Source of the DNA: Polyangiales bacterium
GTDB lineage: Bacteria; Myxococcota_A; Polyangia; Polyangiales; Houyiibacteriaceae
Reading direction: 5' to 3'
Assembly: GCA_045106895.1 (NCBI GenBank)
Contig: JBGCFM010000020.1
Span: 1-45,544, forward strand
Length of the DNA stretch: 45,544 nucleotides
The notes under the pieces were generated by a model that worked only from the letters and a program-made list of their open reading frames with translations, made no database searches and was not told the DNA's origin. The position numbers and the translations under genes were made by a program. Numbering within the stretch: position 1 is the first letter of the stretch; each line of letters starts with the position of its first letter. Below, piece after piece: positions 7,924 to 17,022 of the stretch.

Positions 7924-9528
7924 ATGCGTTCTTTCTTTCTCTGTGTGTTGGCCCTGGGCGTTTGCGTTGTCGGTGAGTCTGCAAGCGCTCAAAGCGTCCA
8001 AGATATTTCGAACCGTGGCGCCTGCAGCACCGCCGGCGTTGAGGCCATTTCCGCGCAGCTGTCCGAAGCACAGCGTTGCCTGAACCCCAGCGCTTTTGTT
8101 CGTTTCGCCCCGCACCCAGGAATCACCCTCCAGAGCGCCCGCGTGCATCCTTATGCGCAGGCTTCGGCGCGAGACGCTCTTCACCGAGCCGCCGCCGATG
8201 TTCCGCTGACGATCAACTCAGCGTTTCGCACCGTGGCAGACCAATACGTTCTCCATAACTCCGGCGGCTGCGGGATCGCTGCGTCACCGGGACGAAGCAA
8301 CCATCAGAGCGGACGCGCCGTCGATGTGAACAACTGGTCCGCGGCCCGCTCCGCGCTTCAGGCCCAAGGTTGCACTTGGTTCGGCGCCGGCGACGAGGTG
8401 CACTTCGATTGCCCTGGCAGTGACTTGCGTGACGACTCGGTCCGTGCGTTTCAGTCGCTCTGGAACATCAACAACCCAGGAGACACCATCGACGTGGATG
8501 GTGCCTACGGGCCGCAGACCAATGCCCGACTTGCGATGACCCCTGCCGGCGGCTTCCCGCTGGATGCTTGCGAAGTGGAACCTTCCGGCGGTCGACTTCG
8601 TGGCGTCGTCTACTCCGGCGGTGACACGGAGATGCGTGTCCTTGGCGCTTCGGTGGAGATCGCTGAGACCGGCGAGAGCATGAGCGTCAACGCCATGGGC
8701 GAGTGGAGCTTTGACGTCGGCCCAGGTGAATACACCGTCGAGGCGCGGGCGGACGGTTTTACCGTGGGCCGCCGAACTTGCATCGTTGCGGAGAGCGAAG
8801 TGTGGTGCTCCATCGAGTTGCGGGAAGGCTCCGCGGAAATGGATGGCACGCTGCGCGGGTCCCTGGTCGCCGCTGGTTCCATGACTCCGTTGACGGGGGA
8901 GGTCGTCTCCGTCGAGACCGGAATGCGAGCCACGAGCGATGAATCCGGTGCCTGGTCACTCACCCTTGCGCCCGGCGAGTACATGCTCGTGGGCAGTGCC
9001 GATGGGTACGTTAGCGTCACGCGCTCATGCACCGTCGTCGCTGGGATGGAAACGGAGTGTGAAATCGAGCTCTCGCCGGAGGCCGGCGTATCGATCCTTC
9101 AGGGCGTCATCTACGTCGAAGGAGACATTTACCGGCGCGTGATCGGAGCGACGGTTCGGATCCGCGCAACATCCGCGGAGACAGTGAGTCGAGAAGGAGA
9201 CGGGCTCTTCCTCTTCGAGGTCCCGCCAGGGACCTACACCGTCGAAGCCGGCGGACCTGGATTTGTCACCGACACACGCGTTTGTGTCGTCGAGGGAGAG
9301 GGCGTGGTGTGGTGCTCCATCGGTCTCGAAAGTGATGGCACGAGCGGTGGGCTTAGGGTGGAGGCTCCGACTGAAGAAGGCACCGCGATCCCGGATGAGG
9401 AGCTCGAGCGCTCCGGGGTGGCCCCGATTTCTGGTGGGTGCGCCATTGGAGCAGCACCCTCGTCCGCGCTGTGGTTGAACCTCGCGTTCCTCCTGGTGGT
9501 TTTTCGGCGCCGCTCGTTCGAGCGCTGA
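7924..9528 (+). CDS. M15-family (D-Ala-D-Ala) peptidoglycan peptidase with a PG-binding domain, three carboxypeptidase-regulatory-like repeats and MYXO-CTERM
   Basis: Signal peptide. M15 zinc motifs SAFRTVADQY, SNHQSGRAVDV and DEVHFD. PG-binding VRAFQSLWN...DVDGAYGPQT. Three PGEY/PGTY beta-sandwich repeats. C-terminal SGGCAIG + TM + RRR. Confidence 0.85.
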   Translation: MRSFFLCVLALGVCVVGESASAQSVQDISNRGACSTAGVEAISAQLSEAQRCLNPSAFVRFAPHPGITLQSARVHPYAQASARDALHRAAADVPLTINSAFRTVADQYVLHNSGGCGIAASPGRSNHQSGRAVDVNNWSAARSALQAQGCTWFGAGDEVHFDCPGSDLRDDSVRAFQSLWNINNPGDTIDVDGAYGPQTNARLAMTPAGGFPLDACEVEPSGGRLRGVVYSGGDTEMRVLGASVEIAETGESMSVNAMGEWSFDVGPGEYTVEARADGFTVGRRTCIVAESEVWCSIELREGSAEMDGTLRGSLVAAGSMTPLTGEVVSVETGMRATSDESGAWSLTLAPGEYMLVGSADGYVSVTRSCTVVAGMETECEIELSPEAGVSILQGVIYVEGDIYRRVIGATVRIRATSAETVSREGDGLFLFEVPPGTYTVEAGGPGFVTDTRVCVVEGEGVVWCSIGLESDGTSGGLRVEAPTEEGTAIPDEELERSGVAPISGGCAIGAAPSSALWLNLAFLLVVFRRRSFER

Positions 9529-9773
9529 GCCGATTTGTGCCAGCTCTGCTCTCTGAGCGGCGGCTGCTTTTGCCGAGTTTGAGCCAGGAATGCCCCTAGG
9601 CATGCGCTGCGCGTGGCCGTTTCCCCACGATTCGTAGTCTAAAACCTACGAAAAGCGCAGATGTTGGTTTATTCATTTTGTTCGGTAAATCTGCCGCGAA
9701 AACGTGCAGGAAGAGGGGCGAGGGATCTAGTATGAGGAACCCGTCCTCCGTACCGCTGACTTTTGGATCTACG

Positions 9774-11840
9774 ATGAACCGTTTAACGCCCCTCCTTCTT
9801 CTACTTGTCGCCTGCGACTGTGGCGCTCCTCCGACGACGATGCGCAACACGTGTACGACGGAAGCCGACTGTGCCTCCGGCGAGGAGTGTGTGGACATGG
9901 TGTGCCTGCAGTCGGGGTGTGTGGACGACGACGGATGTCCCGCGGACTTCATGTGCGTGGACACGCTCTGCGTGCCCGGCGGCGAAGCGTGCACCGACGA
10001 TGAGATGTGCGGCATTGGCCGAATGTGCGTGAACGACCGCTGTGAGTCCGAGCTCTGCGTGGACACGGACATGGACGGATTCGGTCCGGGATGTTCACGG
10101 GGAATGGACTGCGACAACAACGATCCGCTTCAGACGGGCCAAGAGGTCTGCGACGGACGAGACAACGACTGTGACGGAGTCGCCGACAACGGCGTGCAGA
10201 GTGAATGTGGTGACTGCAATCCAGACTGCATGCTCGGTGGCGTCGGCGGCCCCGGCGGAACGCCTTTCACACCCGACGAGATGAACTCGGACGGCGTTGG
10301 CGTGAACCCTGATGGCGCTCTTGAACTCGACGCCCGCAGCATCAACACGAACTTCATCTGGATCGCGAACACCGCTGAAGGCTCCGTATCTCGCTTCAGC
10401 ACCACCGCACCTTATAACGAGGTGGGTCGCTACTTCACCGACACCGACCCGTCGCGCACAAGCGTCAACAGCGTGGGTGACGCGTTCGTCGGCGGTCGCC
10501 GCGGCAACTCTCTCACGCGCATCTCGGTCCTCGGCGCAGACTGTCCCGACACAAACGGCGACGGCGTCGTAACCACCTCCACGGACCTCAACGGCGACGG
10601 ACGAATCAGCACGGTCCCCGCGGACGGCGAGATGCTTCCCTTTGGCGAAGATGACTGTGTTCTCTGGCGCACCGACGACGTCATCGCTGGCGAAGGACTC
10701 GTTCGAGCCGTCGCTGCTCAAGACATCGAAGGCCCCGACGGCGAGCTTCAGGAATACGTGTGGGTCGGTGGATACTCGACAAACACGGTCGCGAAGCTCG
10801 ATGCCCGCGATGGCAGCGTGATCTTCACCACCGTGGCGCCACGTAACCCCTACGGATTCGCCCTTGATGGCACCGGCAAGCTCTGGGTTTCCACCCGCTC
10901 CGGGAGCTTCCTCGGGTTCCTCGACACGACCCGCTGCGTCGACGCCGCCAGCTGCGATGCGGCACCCGTGTGCCAAGCGGCAACGGCTGAGGGCACGGAG
11001 TGTGACGGCGCCGTCAAGGCCATCATCCCTGCCCCCTTCGTGCTCTATGGCGTCACCGTCGACTTCAACCAGCGCGTCTGGGTTGGTGGTGGTGGCATCG
11101 CACGTTACGACCTCTCGGCGCCAGCAGGCTCCCGCTGGGCGAACGTCGCGCTTCCTTTCGGTGGCAGCATCGCTATCCACGGCATCGCGGCGGACGCCGA
11201 AGGCTTCGTGTGGGGCGCTGGGCAGGGCAACGGCGTCGTCCGTGTCGACGCCGACAGCCTCGCGAACGCCGTCGTGGCGGGAACCACGGGCGCATCGAAC
11301 AAGGGCATGGCCATCGACTTCGAAGGCAAGATTTGGTCGATCACCCAGAGCCCCCAAGCCATCGTCATCACGCCTGGACCCACGCTCATGGAGAACACCG
11401 TCGAGACCGGCGTCGCGAACAGCATCGTGAACCCTTACACCTACTCGGACATGACGGGCATTCAGCTTCGATTGGCGACGAACCCGCGCGGTTACTACCG
11501 CCACGTGTTTGAAGGTTGCCCCGAAGGAACGGCGACGATGTGGAACGAGCTTCGCTTCGACGCGGACATCCCAGCGGGAACATCGGTCTCCTTCCGCGTT
11601 CGCACCGCAGCCACTCGAGACGCGCTCGATGCCGCCGAGTGGGTCCAGGTCGGCTCAGCGCCGCCGGAGACTTCCCCCCTCGACATCGCGACAGCGCTCA
11701 TGGACGCGGGCGTTGAGCCCCAGGCGTTCCTGATGCTGGAGATCGTCCTCGCCGCTGAGCGCATGAGCACAAGGGAAGTCATCACCCCACGCGTCTCCAG
11801 CAGCGACGTCACGCACGTCTGCCCACCGATCCTCGGCTAG
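9774..11840 (+). CDS. Large Cys-rich lipoprotein with a putative metal-binding (MopE-like) motif and a Vgb-like beta-propeller
   Basis: MNRLTPLLLLLVAC lipobox, Cys repeats, DMDGFG...DCDNN...EVCDGRDNDCDG motif, FIWIANT...PSRTSV, repeated YGFALD/YGVTVD/HGIAAD/KGMAID blades, and YTYSDMTG. Confidence 0.8.
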   Translation: MNRLTPLLLLLVACDCGAPPTTMRNTCTTEADCASGEECVDMVCLQSGCVDDDGCPADFMCVDTLCVPGGEACTDDEMCGIGRMCVNDRCESELCVDTDMDGFGPGCSRGMDCDNNDPLQTGQEVCDGRDNDCDGVADNGVQSECGDCNPDCMLGGVGGPGGTPFTPDEMNSDGVGVNPDGALELDARSINTNFIWIANTAEGSVSRFSTTAPYNEVGRYFTDTDPSRTSVNSVGDAFVGGRRGNSLTRISVLGADCPDTNGDGVVTTSTDLNGDGRISTVPADGEMLPFGEDDCVLWRTDDVIAGEGLVRAVAAQDIEGPDGELQEYVWVGGYSTNTVAKLDARDGSVIFTTVAPRNPYGFALDGTGKLWVSTRSGSFLGFLDTTRCVDAASCDAAPVCQAATAEGTECDGAVKAIIPAPFVLYGVTVDFNQRVWVGGGGIARYDLSAPAGSRWANVALPFGGSIAIHGIAADAEGFVWGAGQGNGVVRVDADSLANAVVAGTTGASNKGMAIDFEGKIWSITQSPQAIVITPGPTLMENTVETGVANSIVNPYTYSDMTGIQLRLATNPRGYYRHVFEGCPEGTATMWNELRFDADIPAGTSVSFRVRTAATRDALDAAEWVQVGSAPPETSPLDIATALMDAGVEPQAFLMLEIVLAAERMSTREVITPRVSSSDVTHVCPPILG

Positions 11841-11849
11841 TCCACGCAG

Positions 11850-12404
11850 GTGGCTACCTACGTCGCGCTTCTGCGCGGTATCAACGTTGGCGGCCACAAG
11901 CGCATGCCGATGAAGCAGCTCAGCAAGGCCCTTGAAGGGGCTGGGCTGAGCGAGGTGCAGACCCTGCTCCAGAGCGGGAACGTCGTGCTCAAGAGTCCGC
12001 AGCGCAGCGCGAGCGCTGTGGAGAAGCGAGTTCGTGAGGCGATCCTCGCTGAGTTCGGCTTCGAGGTGAGCGTGCTTGTGCGCAGTGCGAAGGTATTTCT
12101 GTCTGAAGTGGACGCGAACCCTTTCGCTGCTCAAAGCGTCGCGGATCCCAAGACAGTCCACTTCTTCTTTCGACGCGGGGATGACGTCATCGACGACGCC
12201 GCGGTACGCAAGCTTCAGGGCGCCGACGAAGAAACACATGCTTTTGGCCACGTATTCTACCTTCACGCGCCTTCCGGTATTGGTCGCTCAAAGCTGGTTG
12301 CGCGGGCTACAAGTGTTCTGGGCGAAACGACGGCACGAAACGCAAGAACCGTGTCTCGCTTGAATGGGTTGCTTCGGATGAAAATCGACGAGCGCTTTTC
12401 CTGA
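11850..12404 (+). CDS. DUF1697 domain-containing protein
   Basis: YVALLRGINVGG, VQTLLQSGNVV, GIGRSKL and TARNARTV are the DUF1697 signature. Confidence 0.93.
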   Translation: MATYVALLRGINVGGHKRMPMKQLSKALEGAGLSEVQTLLQSGNVVLKSPQRSASAVEKRVREAILAEFGFEVSVLVRSAKVFLSEVDANPFAAQSVADPKTVHFFFRRGDDVIDDAAVRKLQGADEETHAFGHVFYLHAPSGIGRSKLVARATSVLGETTARNARTVSRLNGLLRMKIDERFS

Positions 12405-12499
12405 GCGTCGTGACTTGGTCTCGCCCGAAAGGGTGGCATCTGGAGGAAACCCCAAAGAGCCTCATGATGTCGAACCGCAACTGTGCAAGTATCGAACAC

Positions 12500-14164
12500 A
12501 TGCGCAATGCGATAGGAGCCGGTTCACTCTTCCTGCTCTCGTTTCTTGGATGCGACGGCTTGATCGGTGCTCCGATGGAAGACCCATCGCTCATGCCGAT
12601 TTGCGACCCGTCTGACACTGAATGCGTCGAGCCGGCTCGCTGCGAGGATAGCTCCGCGACTACGGCTCTTGAACACCAGCCGATTCGGCGCCTGAGCGAG
12701 ACCGAATACCACAACACAATGCAAGACCTCTTCGAGGGCGTTGAGTACACCCCCACAGACTTGGTCCCGGTGCTGACGGACGCCGGCTTTGAGAACTTTG
12801 TGAGCAACACGCGACAAGTGGGCGAGCGCGATCTGGAAGCGTTCGACGCCAGCATAAGCGGCATTGCTGCGCGAGCGTCCACGAACGAAGCGTTCTTGGC
12901 GAGACATGGCTGTGCGGCTGGCGCGCCCCAAGGCGAGTGCATCGAGGGTTTCGTCCGGGAGTTTGGTCGGCGCGCCTTCCGTCGGCCGCTCACGGACGCG
13001 GAACAAACCGACTACCGAAACCTCGTAGCGGAGATCACCACAGAGATCGACTTGGCCGGTGGGATTGAAACAATGATCGCCTCGGCGCTGATGTCGCCGG
13101 AGTTCCTCTACCGCGTCGAGTCGCGAGGCGAGAGCCAAGCCAGCTCCTACGCCATCGCAAGCCGCATCTCGTACCTCCTGTGGCAAAGCATGCCGGATGA
13201 CGTTCTCTTCGACGCCGCCGCGTCTGGCCAACTCGCCAGCGCGGACCAGCTGGCCGCGCAGGCCCGCCGAATGCTCGATGACCCTCGAGCCACGAATTCC
13301 ATCGTCGACTTCCACCGTCAGTGGCTGCGTTTCTCGCGCATGGACGAAAGCAAGTACGCCGCCAAGTCGCCCACTCTTTTTCCGGAGTGGACCCCCGCCT
13401 TACGAACCGCGGTGCAAGAGGAAGTGCGGCGCTTCGTTGAGCATGTCGCCGAGGACGACGCAACGCTCGCTAGCCTTTACACAGACCGCACGGCCTTCGT
13501 GAACGCCGAGCTCGCTGAACTCTATGGTCTTCCCGCCGTCGACGGCTGGACAGAGGTGGAGCTGCCCGCGGATGAGCGCAGCGGGATTCTAACCCGCGCG
13601 AACTTCTTGGCGGGCACTGGTATCGCGGGTCATGGCTCCCCGGTTCATCGAGGTATCTTCGTCTACGAGAGCTTGCTCTGTAATCATCTCGGTGGCGTCC
13701 CGGACGACGCGGACACCTCCGTTCCAGAGGAAGCGCCGGACGATCAAACGACGCGTGAACTCTACGAGGAGATCACCGCAGCGCCTTCGTGCCGCGGCTG
13801 TCACGCGCGCGTCAATCCCATCGGATTCACCTTTGAGAACTACACCTCGACGGGTGCCTACCGCACTCGCGAGCACGGCCGAGATATCGATGCCACTGGC
13901 GCCTTGGCGGGCTCAGACCAAGCAGATCCCGTCGACAATGCGCTGGAGCTCTCGGAGAACCTTGCCCTCAGCGAGGTCGCTCACGCCTGCACGGCGGACA
14001 AGTGGACGACCTACATGCTCGGGCGAAGACTCGACGAGTCGGTGCAGGATGATGTGTGTTTCGCTGAGCGCATCCAGCAGACCTTTCTTTCCAGCGGTGG
14101 TGACATGAGGGAGCTCCTCGTCACGCTCGTCACACAACCGGAGTTTGTAGGGGGGGCACAATGA
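12500..14164 (+). CDS. DUF1587/1595/1592/1588/1585 (PSD/PSCyt) domain lipoprotein with a CxxCH motif
   Basis: IRRLSETEYHNTMQDL, FGRRAFRRPL, LMSPEFLY, ASRISYLLWQSMPD, RSGILT, SPVHRG, CRGCH (13790-13804) and NPIGFTFENY. The start codon is inferred from the signal/lipobox (FLGC). Confidence 0.9.
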   Translation: MRNAIGAGSLFLLSFLGCDGLIGAPMEDPSLMPICDPSDTECVEPARCEDSSATTALEHQPIRRLSETEYHNTMQDLFEGVEYTPTDLVPVLTDAGFENFVSNTRQVGERDLEAFDASISGIAARASTNEAFLARHGCAAGAPQGECIEGFVREFGRRAFRRPLTDAEQTDYRNLVAEITTEIDLAGGIETMIASALMSPEFLYRVESRGESQASSYAIASRISYLLWQSMPDDVLFDAAASGQLASADQLAAQARRMLDDPRATNSIVDFHRQWLRFSRMDESKYAAKSPTLFPEWTPALRTAVQEEVRRFVEHVAEDDATLASLYTDRTAFVNAELAELYGLPAVDGWTEVELPADERSGILTRANFLAGTGIAGHGSPVHRGIFVYESLLCNHLGGVPDDADTSVPEEAPDDQTTRELYEEITAAPSCRGCHARVNPIGFTFENYTSTGAYRTREHGRDIDATGALAGSDQADPVDNALELSENLALSEVAHACTADKWTTYMLGRRLDESVQDDVCFAERIQQTFLSSGGDMRELLVTLVTQPEFVGGAQ

Positions 14165-15618
14165 AGCGCCGCGATCTTTTTAAGACCCTCGCGCTAGGCG
14201 CGGCGGGTGTGTCCTTGTCGTCTTTTCGAGGCCTCAGCGCCATCGCCCAGGATGGTGAAGCTCCCAAGAGAGTCGTCTTTTGGACCACTCAGCATGGGCC
14301 GCCACGAAATACGTGGAAGATGTCCCCGGGAGGACTCGGGGCTTCCGGAAGTGCTTCCCTCACCGGTCTCGCTCCAAGCGACTTCAGTCGAGTCTATGAG
14401 CCTCTTCACCGCGTGCGGGAGGATGTGTCCATTATCGATGGCCTTTCGATGATGAGCGCCATGATCGACCGCACCGGCTCGGCAAATAACCATGGCGTCT
14501 CGTGGGCAAACCTGCTGGTGAACGTCCCCTACAACTCCGATGACCCCTTTGTTGGCACACGCTCCGACAACCTCCATCCGCGTCCCGGCGGGATCTCCAT
14601 CGACCAGCACATCGGTCAGGCGACGTCCGGCGGACGCCGCCTCAACTCTGTAGTCTGGAGCGACGGTGGCGGCCGCTTCGGCTCGCAGCTCGCGTTCTCC
14701 GCGAATGAGCTCGGTCAGTGGATCGTGCCAAACCGCGACCCGATGAACGCCTTTACGCGCCTCATGGGAACAGGGCTTCTCGTCGCCGACGGGGAAGGGC
14801 CCGTGGAGCCACCACCGGTATCCCGCGCAGACCGAGTTCGAGCCGCCCGCTTCCGTGCCTACACAGCGGCACTCCCCCACTTCGACCGCATCGCCTCCCA
14901 ACTGAGTACGGCGGACCAAGAATCTCTCCTCGCTCATCGAAATCATCTCGAGCGGCTCGGGATTAGTTTCGATCCCGACGCCGGCCCAGGACCCGGCGGC
15001 ACTTCGATGGCGATGTGCCGGCCGAACTTCACGCCGACGAGCGACACCGTCGATGACTTCTTTCGCCTCGCCACGATCGCTCTCGCTTGCGACGCTACGC
15101 GGGTCATCGCCATGGACGCGCGCCAGCTGAGCGGCAGCCAGATTGGCGGAGCGGACTCGGATGATGTGCATCAGGCCTTCGCCCACGGAACCGATGACCG
15201 AGCCATCATGATGATGGAGAACTACTACCGGTATCATGCAAACCAGTTTGCGAACTTTGTCGAGTACCTTCGCGGTGTTCCTGAAGGCACGGGAACGCTC
15301 CTCGACAACACCCTCGTGATTTGGATTCCAGAGCTCTCCACCGGCGGACATATGTTCGATGAATCGCCTACTGTCATCGCCGGCGGCGGCGCGACGGGCT
15401 TCTCCCCGGGTCGCTATATTCGCTACGCTCAAGATATCCCGTCCATCGGGTGCGGATACGGATGCGACAACTCTTCCATCGGTCCAGGGCGCATGCGTCT
15501 CTTCGTCAACGCCATGCGACACATGGGTATGAGCGACAACAGCTTTGGGCGGACCAGCACAACCGCCGGCGATGGTTCAACCATCGACCTCACTGGGCCG
15601 CTCTCCCTCGTTTCGTAG
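14161..15618 (+). CDS. DUF1552 (HXXSHH) domain protein with a Tat signal
   Basis: ATGA-coupled to the upstream gene. MKRRDLFK Tat motif, APKRVVF, SIDQHIG, ALACDATRV and GTLLDNTLV. This is the usual partner of DUF1592 proteins. Confidence 0.9.
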   Translation: MKRRDLFKTLALGAAGVSLSSFRGLSAIAQDGEAPKRVVFWTTQHGPPRNTWKMSPGGLGASGSASLTGLAPSDFSRVYEPLHRVREDVSIIDGLSMMSAMIDRTGSANNHGVSWANLLVNVPYNSDDPFVGTRSDNLHPRPGGISIDQHIGQATSGGRRLNSVVWSDGGGRFGSQLAFSANELGQWIVPNRDPMNAFTRLMGTGLLVADGEGPVEPPPVSRADRVRAARFRAYTAALPHFDRIASQLSTADQESLLAHRNHLERLGISFDPDAGPGPGGTSMAMCRPNFTPTSDTVDDFFRLATIALACDATRVIAMDARQLSGSQIGGADSDDVHQAFAHGTDDRAIMMMENYYRYHANQFANFVEYLRGVPEGTGTLLDNTLVIWIPELSTGGHMFDESPTVIAGGGATGFSPGRYIRYAQDIPSIGCGYGCDNSSIGPGRMRLFVNAMRHMGMSDNSFGRTSTTAGDGSTIDLTGPLSLVS

Positions 15619-15672
15619 ACTCGGAAGTCAGAGCGAACGCCGCGGATGGCGGTACCTCGAATGCCGCACTGC

Positions 15673-15720
15673 ATCATCCGCAAGATCATCCGCAAGATCG
15701 TTGTGCGAAAACAATTTCGC
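15673..15720. repeat. 12-bp tandem repeat followed by a palindrome, upstream of the dehydrogenase operon
   Basis: atcatccgcaag x2 (15673-15696), then gcgaaa-acaa-tttcgc (15705-15720). Confidence 0.55.
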
Positions 15721-15878
15721 GCCTTCGTTTTGAGTTCCGATCCTCGATCCAAAGGCGAAAAACACCCTGATTTTTCCGATCCTTGACGGCAAAGTTCGCG
15801 CCTTCTAGTGTCCGTTTCCGCCGGTGGTGTTTCTCTTCGACATGCGCGAAGACAACGCCCGCCAGCCCTGGAGACAGC

Positions 15879-17015
15879 ATGCAGACGCAAGACCAAGTGG
15901 TTCCGATTCGCACCCCCGAATCCTCATACGGCGACGACATTATTTCCGTCATTGCACCGGATGGAACGGCTCGTGGAGAACATGATCCGAAGCTGAGCCC
16001 TGAGGTGATTCTCGACCTTCACAAGGCGATGGTCCGAACCCGAACCATCGATGTGCAGCTGGAGCGACTTCAGCGTCAGGGCCGCATTGGCTTCCACATC
16101 GGCAGCCTCGGTGAAGAAGCGTGCATCCTTGGCTCCGCCGCGGCGATGCGGAAGGACGACTGGATCTTCCCTTGTTATCGCGAGTTCGGTGCCCTGCTTC
16201 ACCGCGGCTTCCCGCTCCAAACCTACATCGACAATATGTTCGGCAACGCCGACGACATCGTGCACGGCCGGCAGATGCCCGACCACTACACGGGCCGCGA
16301 ATACAACTTCGGCAGCGTGTCTTCGCCCATCGGCACCCAGATGACGCAGGCCGTTGGCTTCGCGTGGGCCGCCAAGAAGCGCGGCGATGACGTCGTGGCG
16401 AGCGTCTACTTCGGAGAGGGCGCGACGAGCTCCAACGAGTTCCACACGGCGATGAACTTTGCCGGCGTCATGAAGGCGCCGGTCCTGCTGCTTTGCCGAA
16501 ACAACCACTGGGCCATCTCCGTGCCGAGCGAGAAGCAGACGGCGAGCAAGACCTTTGCGGCCAAGGGTGTGGCGTACGGCGTGCCCGCCGTGCGAGTCGA
16601 CGGCAACGACATCCTTGCTACCTACAAGGTGGTTCAGGACTGCATGAAGAAGGCCGCCGCGGGCGAGGGACCTTTCCTCATCGAGATGCTCACCTACCGA
16701 ATCGGTGGTCACTCCACGTCCGACGACCCACGCGCCTACCGACTTCAGGACGAGGTCGAGCACTGGCGCAAGACCGACCCCATCATTCGCTCACGTCGTC
16801 ATCTCGATACTCTGGGTATCTGGAGCGACGACCAAGAAGAAGCCTTCAAGCAGGAGACGGAGACCAAGCTCAAGGCTTGTATCGCCGCTGCCGAAGCGAA
16901 GCCGAAGCCCGCCCTCGAGACCATGTTCGAAGGCGTCTTCAAAGAGAAACCCTGGCACCTTCAAGAGCAACAAGCTGAGCTCGTGAACGGTCCTCGCGCC
17001 AAAGACCAGCACTGA
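15879..17015 (+). CDS. bkdA1: 2-oxoacid dehydrogenase E1 alpha subunit (probably branched-chain; PdhA/BkdA1 family)
   Basis: GGAG before ATG 15879. RQGRIGF, GEEA, YRE, GRQMPDHY, the TPP motif GEGATS...NN, and GHSTSDDP. Substrate specificity is inferred. Confidence 0.9.
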   Translation: MQTQDQVVPIRTPESSYGDDIISVIAPDGTARGEHDPKLSPEVILDLHKAMVRTRTIDVQLERLQRQGRIGFHIGSLGEEACILGSAAAMRKDDWIFPCYREFGALLHRGFPLQTYIDNMFGNADDIVHGRQMPDHYTGREYNFGSVSSPIGTQMTQAVGFAWAAKKRGDDVVASVYFGEGATSSNEFHTAMNFAGVMKAPVLLLCRNNHWAISVPSEKQTASKTFAAKGVAYGVPAVRVDGNDILATYKVVQDCMKKAAAGEGPFLIEMLTYRIGGHSTSDDPRAYRLQDEVEHWRKTDPIIRSRRHLDTLGIWSDDQEEAFKQETETKLKACIAAAEAKPKPALETMFEGVFKEKPWHLQEQQAELVNGPRAKDQH

Positions 17016-17022
17016 GAATCAC

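Noticed and set aside
7389..9528. Prophage (CII-like gene plus endolysin-like M15 peptidase)
   Set aside because: No integrase, structural, holin or replication genes, and the peptidase has a host-type signal peptide and MYXO-CTERM.
10095..11504. 469-aa minus-strand ORF, and similar long antisense ORFs at 14194-15522, 17038-17958, 21053-22027, 24565-25626 and 42556-43593
   Set aside because: Each lies fully antisense to a well-supported gene and has no motifs. These are typical shadow ORFs of GC-rich coding DNA.
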